Positions 52,794 to 64,000 of a DNA stretch of 64,000 nt are shown here, in pieces. Source of the DNA: Chrysomallon squamiferum (lineage: Eukaryota; Animalia; Mollusca); contig CM022669.1 in assembly GCA_012295275.1 (NCBI GenBank), positions 15,748,001 through 15,812,000 of the forward strand, read 5' to 3'. A program made the position numbers and the translations under genes. Numbering within the stretch: position 1 is the first letter of the stretch; every line of letters starts with the position of its first letter. The notes beneath the pieces were generated by a model. That model was not told the origin of the DNA. It did not search any database and was given only the letters and a program-made list of their open reading frames with translations.

Positions 52794-55700
52794 ATGATGC
52801 ATATTTCATTATCCTAGCGTGAAGATTTCGTTTGTATATCTTTGACTTAGTTCAATTATTTTAACTGGCACAAAGGAATTACAAACAAAAGCTGCATAAG
52901 TATTATCCAAACTGAAAATTCTCTTAATTCACTGAAAAATATTTTATCTTTAAATCTTCAAATCATGATCCGTGAAATCATCATCATGAACATCATTCAT
53001 CATCATAATCATCATCATCATTATTATTATTATGATGATCATCATCATCATCATCATCATCATGGAAGTTCTTTAATGCTCAGCAAACGATCTAGTTCAT
53101 TTTACCTTTGGGTACTGATTTTGTCTTTATTTATTTATTTTTTTTTTTAACCATAATTTTCGCAGACATAACATTATATATTCAGCACGGCTTTTAGTGC
53201 AACGTAAACTACAACTTTGGTTCCTGCTGAACACTTTGCTCCATGCCATCAATGAAGATTTTCTTCATAGTTTTTGCACTGCGCCTAAAAGTGTAAACTG
53301 TTTGTTTGGTTTCGCTTGCAAATGTTTCAGATGAAGAAGGTGCCGTAGATCGTTAGTGTCTTTGTAGAGTCAAGCGTTGAGATTTCGTGGATAATTAGTT
53401 GGGCAATTCGAGCGCGGATGTTTACAAATTCATTAACTGCCGCCAGTAAAATTACTTTCATTCAGACTGTTAGAGCTTTGTAGAGTAACCAAAATAATAT
53501 GCATATAGGACGCTGCGTATATATAGTTTGCAGCGTCCTAGAAAATGAATGTACTTGGATTCTAGTCTTACAGATAACATGTGTCAAGGTGCAATCAAAT
53601 ATGCACGCATCCAGGCACATATACACTTGAATCTTCCACTATTTTCTACTTTCTATTGCTTATATTAAATGTATTATCATCAGAATATTGGTGAAAACTG
53701 CCGACTATAAATTTCAAGGTATCAGCAATTTCAGTTGGTTATTTCACTTACGTTTTGGAATATGACATATACATATTTTCTTATTTTTGAAAAAAAATAT
53801 ATGCAGCCATGCGGTCTTCTAAGAAACATGATCTGAATTAAAGAAATAACAAAGCTTTGTTAAAAAAAAATTAACGAATTAATAAACAAACGTAATTAAT
53901 TATTCAATCAAAACATTTCTAAATATAAATTTAAAAAAAATTAAAATTAAAAATAATCCTCAAAAGTTAAGATGACGTTTTATAAATGTTTTCCTCTTTT
54001 CTATTTGTCAAACGAAAATCGGAATTAAGCTGTAATAAAAAAAAAAAGTCACTTGGAAATACCACTGCAGCCTGGAAGCTTTGGATTCTGGTGCAAGTCT
54101 AACAACACGGTAATAAATAACAAGCGTACCTATCGGCCTCGGAAATGATGACAAACCAATGCTCCACCAACGCTGTACTTGTAGAAGAGGAATGCCAATA
54201 GTCTTATACTGACGATAATTAAATGTTGCCATGCGAAGGGTTTTAAACACAATTGCCCGACACCGCCAGTTAGCACAACGGTGTGTCTGGACGGAGCCTG
54301 GGAACGTCAACACTTCAGGAACACGAGCTTGCTTGATCGACACACCACCAAAATGAAATATTAGTGCAGTAATTGAAGCTTACGCTGAAGTATACAGACT
54401 ATTTCCTCATTTTCAGAATGTTGGAGACAAGCACCGAATGCATTGCTTGTAGATATTTCTTTTCTTTTTTTTTTTTTTTTTTTCTCACGAATATGCAGGT
54501 TTAGCAAATACTGATACAAATAAGTGTTATAGAAGGAAAACGTTATTTCTTTTAAAACAAAGAAAGAAAGAAAGATAAGTTATAATAATATTTGATACTG
54601 TATACTTTATTTTCAGTACAATGAAATTTTTTCAGCGAACGAGAATATATTCACTGAATTTGAGACATAGAATACTAGAACATTAAAGATGAAAGAAATA
54701 TATATTCACATGGAAATAAAAGAAGAAGAAACAGAAGGATACACATTATTTTTCTTTTTGATACGTTCTCTGTCTGTCCTCTCTAATTCTGTCTTCACGT
54801 CTCATTCCTACCAATCTTTTATTTTCACGCTCCCAAATATGTTTCTGAATGGATCGAATACTGTAACAGTTATATATTTAATGTTTTATTTTCACAGTAG
54901 TAATTAACAGTAATGTTCATATTTGTACCAGGATTATAAAACACGGGAAACAAACCAATACAAAATTGCAGCAGGTTATCTGACATATTCTGACAAATAA
55001 AAACTGACACTTTCCCCATTATCTAATAGTATTACACCAAAATGAAGAGATTATAATACGCCACTATTAGCATGGAAATTCAACAAAGTTGTAACCAGGA
55101 TCAAAATTTGCATTACGGATAAAAAAAACTATTTGTTAAAGCGGAGAAATAAAATGAAGGATATTTATCAGAATTATGCAGTAGATATTACGTGCCACTC
55201 TGGTCAACATACAAATTTCCAACATAAAACACAGATATCATTCCCAGTCTATACTTTAAGGAATAAAGGACAATTGTCCATAAACGCCGGGGGAAAAGGT
55301 TTTAATGTTTGCGCTGATATATTATCCATGATTTAATCGGACAAGCCGACGTGGTGTTTGCCACCAGAGACCGAAGATGTCACCTTTTGATCGCTGTTCT
55401 TTAATCCACTGGATCTGTCCGTTGTCTCCGTTTATTGCACTAAGACACCACAACGATAATTGGTTACATTAAAAAAAGGAACAGAGAGGAATTGGTATAG
55501 ACAAAGGTAATAACTCGATAGAATAGACAAATGGAAGAAAAAAAAAGGAAGAAGATCAGTGTAAGATTTAAAATTTGTTCAGATGCTGACAGAATCTGTC
55601 TGACAGAACGAATCGGGTTTTGTCACTTTCTTGTCTTCGTTCTTTTTGTAGTTTGAATTATTGTTGTAAAAAGATCGTTCCTGGATGGCCGTCTTGGTAA

Positions 55701-56177
55701 TAGTGGAAATTGTCGAATGCGTGTAATTTTATTTTATTTATTTTCTTTTGTCTGTGGCCTCTAGAGAGGAAGCAGACAGACAGAGAAAGCTTAAAAATTA
55801 AATTTTGGAGGACAAACATTTTTACGTTTTTTTTTTTAAAATCTTTTCTTCTTCATTGTTGATGCTAACATTTACTTTTGTTTTAAATAATTATAATGAA
55901 AAAAAAATATTTAAAGTTTTCTAGGATGAAAATAAATAAAATAAAATAAATAATAACAACAAAAAGAAGTCTTGTTTAATGGGAAACAAAAGAAGAAAGA
56001 AAACACAATAAAAATAAAATATCTAACAGGCACATACAATGCATAAGTAAAACAAAAAAAGAAAAAAAAAAGTAATTGTTGAGAGATGCAAATTGGCATA
56101 AAACATCACTGAATAAAACAGATAAAATATAACATCTCCCTTTTCTCGTTTCCTTAAAAAAAAAAAACCAAAAAGCC

Positions 56178-56208
<31 letters not shown>

Positions 56209-57493
56209 TTTCTGAAAACCAAGAGAAAAAATTATTATAAATACATGATCTAGGGATATTCAACAGATTTACTTTTACGTCAAGCACAACCGATCATGTT
56301 CTGTCTCAGCATATTATTTATATGTATGTAAACAGATACACATCTTAACTCTGATGCCACACATACAGAGGTAAGCTCTACATTATTAATACCTGATTTA
56401 TGCTCTAATGCCTATGCCACCCATGTTCCTTTAAGTGCGAGGGAAGCGATTTGGCGAGCAATATTTCCTGTTGATATTATGTCATATTTCATTTCTGTCG
56501 GCACAGTTCAAGTCGGAATAGTTTTCTCATGCTACGAACACGGATAGGTGTTGACAGAATAAACACCTTATGTTGGAAAGTGTAGTTTGTATCGCTGCGA
56601 AATCTGTTCTACATATGACGAGCCCAAGCTCGAACTTCCGCACAATGTAACGTTCCACCGAGCAAGATGGTTCACCTTTTACGAGAGCCTGTTGCGAGGG
56701 ACCAAGTGTCTCAAAGAGTTGCGCCGTACGTTAATATAAATATCAGCCCCGGGTCTGATATCAAAGGGGAAGTTTCGTGTGACATATTATTTGTCAGTGT
56801 GGTGCCGTTATGCACAGATTATTGTGTATATCATAAACAATATAGTCTATTTTTCTTTCTTTTTTTTACCAGACTTTTTTTTTTTCATTTCATCTCTATG
56901 ATGAATGATATATTTTTAAGTAAATGTCGAAAGTGTAGCGTGTATATGTATTTTGGATAATAGTATCCGTAAACACAACAAAAGATCCATTAGCAAAATA
57001 TTTTGTGTTTATGAACATCTTGAAGCCATCTTCGAGGTGTATCAGCCTTTCAAATTACAGTTTGCTGATAGTCAAAAGATTTGTTGCTGTATATGTGAAT
57101 TAAATAAACGAACTGAAGGAAAATCCGTAAATATCTTGCTCAACCTTTGTTGATGACATTTTCTGTTAAAAATGATTTTTGTATGCTATGGATAAGACGG
57201 TTTACATAATGCACTGTGAATGTTAATGTCAGTAAAACTTTCATAAAAGAAGAAAGACATTTTTAAATTTAACGGTTATATCGAGTCATATATTTGGTAT
57301 AAAAATGTTACCGACTCTTAGTGATGAAACACTTTGCATGGACACGAATTGTGGTCTTATTCGCTTAGCAGAATGTACGTTATATGTGCACCCTCCCACA
57401 GATAAGGAAAAAACGAATAAAATTTGTAAGACTTTGGTCGGAGGGGATAATAGCCTGGTAACAGTAAGAAGAAAAACTGAACAAATAAAATGG

Positions 57494-57605
<112 letters not shown>

Positions 57606-58066
57606 CGTTTCTGCTTCGCATTTATTTTATTTTTTAATACACTTATCATTCATTCTGTCATGCTGTTATTTTTATTACTTTATTCACATTCATTTTAAAA
57701 TAATTATACCAGACCAATGTTGGTAATACTATCCTCATTCCTAGTGACCCTAACGAAGTCAGTTCGTGATATTTTTACAGATATATGTATGGACAGCAAG
57801 GAAATAGCTTCAGACATCGCATGTGCTAAAACTATTAATGTCATTTACAGAAGTATACTGAGACCAACAAAATAGGACTCAAAGAGAAAATGATTTTTCC
57901 AAACAGGGAAATGGCTTAAACATAAAATGAAATATGATGCTGAAAAGTTAAAGAACACTAACAGATGACAACTGCAACAATGTTCTACTACTACTCACGA
58001 CAAAGGCAACAATAGCAACATCAACAACAAAACAATAATAATAATAAAATTCTAATCGTTAAAAAA

Positions 58067-58210
<144 letters not shown>

Positions 58211-58545
58211 ATTGGGAATACTGACACAAAGTTTATGACACATCAAAATCTCCAAACGAAACAACGAAACCTTCTTAACCTCAACAACTCGACTCCTTAA
58301 CTATTTTTTTTTTATTTTTTTTTTTTTTTTTACTCAGTATACTCTCCGTTCCATTTCGCGAGCGATAAAACATCACGACGTTTGACTCTGTTATTGTGAC
58401 GAATAGAAGCAGTCATTTAAAGAGGGCAAGAAAATCAATCAAAGATTAGGCCATGTACGCCGTACAGAGATAAACGAATGTATTGACACGTCTCCAATCC
58501 CGTTTCCATTTACACACTTTTACAGTTCACTGCGTCTGGGTAAAT

Positions 58546-58727
58546 CAGCGGACTGCTCCTCATTGGTTAGATAACCAGTCTTTTGCTGCCAAGGGTCGCG
58601 TGATCGACGCTTTCTTAGTGTCCCCGTTTGACTATTTCCCAGTCATGCCAGTATGTCACGTTTGGTTACGAAGAAGTCAGTGGTAGGCATATTCCAGTCT
58701 ATTGAGAGTAGTATGTAGAAATATATC
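58546..58727 (+). mobile_element. Decayed tRNA-derived SINE (same family)
   Basis: CTCATTGGTTAGA (A-box-like), GTGATCGACGC (B-box-like), then CTATTTCCCAGTCATGCCAGT...CAGTGGTA core. Confidence 0.5.
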
Positions 58728-59350
58728 GACAGAAAAAGAAGGAAACGATATAAAACAGCAGCATGATATCTAAAAATAACATAAAATAAATAATAAATTA
58801 ATAAATAAATATGTAAAAGATATAAATAAAGAGAATCAGAAAATTAAAACAAAAATTCAGAATTACTAATATTATGTATCAAATAAAAAAATATCCGTTG
58901 AAACATTTTTATTATTATTATTATTATCGCTGGTGTTGTTGTTGTTGTTTTTAGTTGTTGTTGCTGCTGCTGCTCCTGTTGTTTTTTTGTGTTTTTTTTG
59001 TATTTTTGTTGTTATTGTTGTTGTTAACACTATTGCTGTTTTTATTGTTGACAATTTTATTACACGTTATTGTTTTAAAATCTAATTCAAAGAATATGCA
59101 AGCCTAGCGCGCTATGTTCACTGAAACACAAAACTCGTTATGAGACCCAAACGCTGATTCCAAATTGTCCATGGAGCCAGAACAATCCTTACGCAAGACT
59201 GACAAGGCGTTTTACGTATTCCACGCCCGAATGACAGTTCTCTGATAACCTCTTACACAGATCGTGCAACCTCTAATTTGCGACGTAACGCACATGTTCA
59301 CACACACTTCACTGACCGATTTCATTAACACAGTCCCGTGCAATTCCTTA

Positions 59351-59685
59351 TCCATAAACATCCGACACAAACCTACGTTGGTGGCACGACGGTTAAGTCA
59401 TCAGGTCAAAGTTGGTAGGTTCTGGGATCAAATGCTGGCTTCGATTATTTTGCTCTGGCTGAACATCCATAAACATTCGACAAAACCTATTCTCCAGGGT
59501 AGTAAAGTGGTTAACTCAACACGTTAAAGTCAATACGTTCTGGGATCGAATCCTCTGGTCGGCTGCTTTGATATGTTACGAAGTTCTATTCCATAAAAAT
59601 CCGACAAGACCAGTATTGACGATACAACAGTTAAGTCTTGAGATTAAAGCTGGTATGTTTTGGGGGGATTAAATCCGGCGACGAG
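59351..59685 (+). repeat. Three tandem ~115-125-bp units, each with a tRNA-like (A/B box) SINE head
   Basis: Units start TCCATAAA(C/A)AT(C/T)CGACA at 59351, 59466 and 59590. Each contains ..GTTAA(G/C).. and GGATCAAATGC / GGATCGAATCC / GGATTAAATCC. Confidence 0.7.
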
Positions 59686-61359
59686 TTCATTCATTTTGTT
59701 AAAGCTAAGCTTTGCCAAATCGATACAGAAGATCTTCTCCCGTCTCCGTCTAAATTTAACCACACTAATCTAACATTGTCACTGGCAGACAACCCATGTC
59801 TCAGGTTTACGAGTCCAAGCGAGACATGCTTAGCTGCACTTTGTTGAAAAGGGAAACTTCCCGTTTCACGTCGACTCCATTATGACAAAGACAAAATGCA
59901 GTATCGTGAAATCGTCATTAAATAGAGTCTATAAAATAACGGACACGAAGCCATAATTAAAATAATCGACATTTCCTAGTTTCGCTTATCAGTTTAGTGG
60001 CTGTAAAAATAAGCAGTGTGTCTGCTTAATTCTTTAATTCAAATCCTATGAAAGCTGCATAGTTTCTAGCCCAGCGTGTGTTGGAACGAACAAAGAATGA
60101 ACCAATGAATGAATGAAATGATCCATATTTGATGTCTCAGCAGATCTTAATAAATAATAATATTAATTTACGTCAGTGGTATGCTGTTGTTGTTATTGTC
60201 ATCATCATCGTCATCATCATCATCATAATAATTAGTATTCGTTATTATTATTTTAAAAACGGGTTTAACGAAAATGTGAGAAAAACGGTGCTGCCCTGAT
60301 ATTACGCACACTTGACGAATAGCAGCAAAATGTTATTTTATAAGAACCTACTCATGAGTTGTTAAACATATACAACAGATTTTGAAAACTAAAGCCACGG
60401 GCACTGGCTATTAGGGGCGCAATCCTTGGGATGAAAATATTAAAGGATTGATCCTACGGTCCATAACACAACCGCTAAATATTCTTTACCTATATCTAAC
60501 GAGTATACAGGTGAACGTTCAACAAATCATAACAGAAGCGAGTTACAACGGGATTAACACAAACAGGTTAAAAAGAAAACCAAAGAAAATGTCACAAGAG
60601 AAATTCGGTAACTTTGATCTCTGTGAACAACTACTAGAGGATGTGTCCAATTTTTAAACAAACACGAGCATTCACAGTGAACATGAAATTCCTGATTGCT
60701 TCTTGGAAAATAAACATATTGCACCAATAACGATTTGCACGTGTAGTCTGCATTATTGCGTGCAGCGAAATGTCATGTTGAGCATCTGCTAAACACGCAG
60801 GCTACTGTTTGCTGATGAAGCAACGTACAGACTGAGAAAAACAGAGACACATGTTCTAAATATGTCATACAAGACACTGCATTTGGCTTCTGGTTATGAC
60901 ATCAAGTTTAAGATCGTACAATTTTGAGACCGCACACCTGTTGCAGTTATGTGTAAATATGTTATGGGAAAAAAGAAATAAACGTTTTATTTCACGATGC
61001 ACTTATCGTATATTTTTAAACTACAGTTATGTACCGACATAGATATATGGTTACAGCTTTATTTATCATCCCATTCAACATATTTTTAAATCTACGATTA
61101 CATGGCGAGAGTTAATAGTTCAGGACCGTGGATATTAAAAGAGGAAACAGCCATATAATACTCTACTTTGATTATCAGAAAGGACTATTTTTATAAACGC
61201 TTTCTTATGGACAACACAGCACGTACCACGACGTTTTATCAACCAGTAAGAAATTAGGTACAGAAGAATTGTTGTTGCAGAAATTATTTTGCGACTCTCT
61301 TTTTTCTAAAAAGAAAACGATCGTTGCTTCGGTTAGTATCAGTGAGGGATATTTATTAC

Positions 61360-61404
<45 letters not shown>

Positions 61405-62639
61405 TCTTGTTGATGTTGTTTTGCAACTGAGAAAAATAACATAAGCTGATCAGCAAAATAAACATATTTCATCATTTTTAATTCTAATCAACTCGCAATC
61501 AACTTGTAAAAAAAATTAATAAAAAAAAAAAAAATAAAATGAAATATAAATAAATAAACAAATAAATAAAATAATTTAAAATCATAGCGATAATACTTTT
61601 TATTGCTTAATCTTTGTGGGGTTTTTTGTTATCTTAATATAATTTATGTTGATATCAAAAGCGGTTTCATACCGCACGAAATAAGCATTATTAAATCGAG
61701 GTTGCTAATGATGATTGAGTTACAAGATTTTCGGTTGCACTTTTTCCAATTCACAGAAAATGATCGTATTCAAATGCATGACTGCTGGTAAGTATAGCTA
61801 ATGGCATATTAATGTTAGCTGTTGCTATTTACAGTAAATTTCAAATTGAAGATTATAAAAAGCGAAGAAAAGAAAAAGTGAAAAACATAATGGTTATTAC
61901 TGTAGCTACTGCGGGGGTTGGTTTTTTTTTGTCCTGTAATCATCAGTTCTATTAATGCTACATACTGCTACGACTTGTACTACCACTTTTAATACAACCA
62001 CAAAAGTTACAATAGCAACTATTACTATTTCAACCACCACTACAGTTAATTTTGTTATTATCTCTAAACCGCAGCTATTAATACAATTATCATACTCATT
62101 TAAAGTAATAATAAATAAATAAATAAATAAATAATATAAATAAATAAATAAATAAATAAGTAAATAAATGAAATATGAATAAAAGTCAAAAAGATGAAAA
62201 AATTTCTGTAGATGTTGTTTTTTTATTTTTTTTTTTAAATGAAAGAAATACAAATTCTATTAATTCACTTCCAAAGATCTAAAATTAGCATGCAGTTCTT
62301 CGAAGCCATATGTGAGGTTTAAAACACGATCTGAACATTTGCCTTGGAACCTAAAATGGAAACTGATATTCATATTGCCTTACGTCTTTTGTTTGCATAT
62401 TCTAATTCTCTCGGGAAGAAACACAACACACAATCTGAAGAACAAACGGAGATTCAGAAGATGTCTGTTGCTAGGTAACATTTTTGCGGGAAGCTTTGCT
62501 CGACGAAAGTTTAAAAACGATCGGAGAAAGAGATATGAGATACAAATGAAGATTATTTTTAACAGTTGATGTGATTATATGTGATATACGATTGTTTTCC
62601 AGTTTGTGCAAGTCATCGTCTGAACAGCCTCAGAGCCTG

Positions 62640-62725
62640 GTTTGCTTTATTTCCCGTTTCATTCAGAAACTACTAGATTCATTCATCAGAGGCTTGTTTC
62701 CTGTATACGGCAAGCTCCATATCGA
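62640..62725 (+). mobile_element. Decayed SINE core fragment
   Basis: TTATTTCCCGTTTCATTCAG...ATCAGAGGC resembles the core at 3683-3815 and 58546-58727. Confidence 0.35.
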
Positions 62726-63511
62726 GTCGTATCTTCAGGTTTAATGATGACAGTAATTCCTGAACTGACTCTAACGGCCAGACAATTACTTTTCTATCAT
62801 TTATACAATTACGAAAAAACAAAAACAAAAAACAAATAAAAATATCTGAAAAAAAAAAAAAATGAAAATATTTACAAAACAACCTTATAATATTTCGGAT
62901 ACCTAATAACCATTAAATGTTAAACAAATATTCAGTAATATCTCTTTTCTTGATACTTTTGTTTTGTTTGTTATTGTTGTTTATAATGAAATTTAATTCA
63001 TTTAAAGCATAATACCTGTATCAATAAAAGCGTCTCTCGTTTTTACACAGTCAGTACAACTGATAACGGCGCCAGCGCTAACCAACTGCAAACGTCTTGA
63101 AACAAGTGATGCTGCCAAAGCAGGCAGTTGATTAATACCGATTACTGTTCGAAAACCTTTTTAATGAATAATAAATCTTTTCTACCTTTCAGACATGATG
63201 ATTCCTTATGTACGGACCATAGATGCATTTGAATACACTGATGTTATAACGTGCTGCAAAATTAGGATTTTAAGCACCTCATAATTAAATATGTTTATAT
63301 GTTTGTGTATGTGTGTGCGTGTGTGTGTGTTTGCATATACGTGTTCTGACTAACACGTGCAAGTGATCTATTATATATCCTTGTAACATTCCCAGAACAA
63401 ACTTCCTACTGTAATAAATTCCACTTCCTTGCTTTTAATACGCGTCCCTTGGCAACCATGAACATATTATTTTCTTTTCACAAGAATATACCATAGAAAT
63501 CTTTCTTCTAG

Positions 63512-63545
<34 letters not shown>

Positions 63546-64000
63546 AATAAGAAAAAGATAATAAAAATAAAAAAAAGGATGGAGGCAGGAAAGATACAAA
63601 AATAGCTAATTCATTCTTGGAATCAAACTATTGCCAACACCTTGGAAACCACTTCATACTCAGTCTTGCAACATTTCCATACGGCGCCGCCATAACACGT
63701 GTTTTGCATGTTCGTGTAGCGAGTTTGCCGTTTCTGGGTTTTTTTCACGCCACCGAACTAGTACCAATTATCGTTCTTGTTTTTTTGTTGTGATTGCCCG
63801 TGATTATGTAAACCGTGGCTGGAGAGAAAAAAGACCACACAGACACTAAATCCGAATTTGAAGACGAAATCTTCGCACCACGCATCAAAGCAATTCTGAC
63901 ATTCCCGCCAAAGAACAAAAAACACGTGACCTATTCTTTAAGACAAATGTTACAGGTCTAATTTTTTTTTTTTTTTTTTTTTTTAAGCCGTCTTCTAAAT

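Noticed and set aside
59495-59562. Possible tRNA gene (GGTAGTAAAGTGGTTAAC...GGATCGAATCC)
   Set aside because: No acceptor or anticodon stem pairing, and it is one of three degenerate tandem units. Called as a SINE-derived repeat.

Overview
AT-rich, microsatellite-saturated animal genomic DNA. Gene family and repeat style suggest a lophotrochozoan, probably a gastropod mollusc (inference). Nearly all ORFs in the supplied track are simple-repeat artefacts. One complete spliced gene can be built on the minus strand from GT-AG junctions with consistent phases: exons 49422-49341, 43510-43314, 41730-41517, 39779-39750, 37285-37001, 36439-36416 and 34905-34793. This gives 945 nt and 314 aa: MKKNFWNWNISALFGSVIFVGIGQVITG-FHVKDYDYHVNDDYDYGENYKYDDYDDQSTKQPLPAFLLTTPNVTANRGEEAILTCAIDNIGPRT-VVWRLASDPNPLTIGHMTYVGDKRFKMVHDPLSVEWNLHIRNVTVDDSGVYECQVSSRTRSIRKLVLLKVK-DSEKQSMLMP-NITISGSTYVEKGNTMKLTCNATGDGYPPDVIDWFKDGIKMTSDVRRHISIDVSLAERTITSQLAIERADMGDAGTYVCRTSNRQITSSKVNVLN-TETNNHKR-DMKDHERFGDNPRASSDISFPQWLLLVVSYVIVSIHT*. 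The architecture is signal peptide, Asp/Tyr-rich segment, two Ig domains and a GPI-type tail, i.e. a Dpr/ZIG-8-like neuronal recognition protein. The most interesting signal is a candidate splicing system in this gene. It has two in-frame microexons, further candidate cassette and terminal exons (one of 11 nt would delete the GPI signal), four tandem donors after exon 1, a uORF overlapping the start codon, a 17-bp long-range duplex covering the Ig2 branch point, and a ~270-nt intronic hairpin. Also present: a probable promoter/first exon of a second minus-strand gene (~6.2 kb), a CRE/NF-kB motif cluster, a minisatellite with higher-order structure, and decayed tRNA-derived SINEs. All alternative-splicing and regulatory claims are predictions that need RNA-seq or comparative data.
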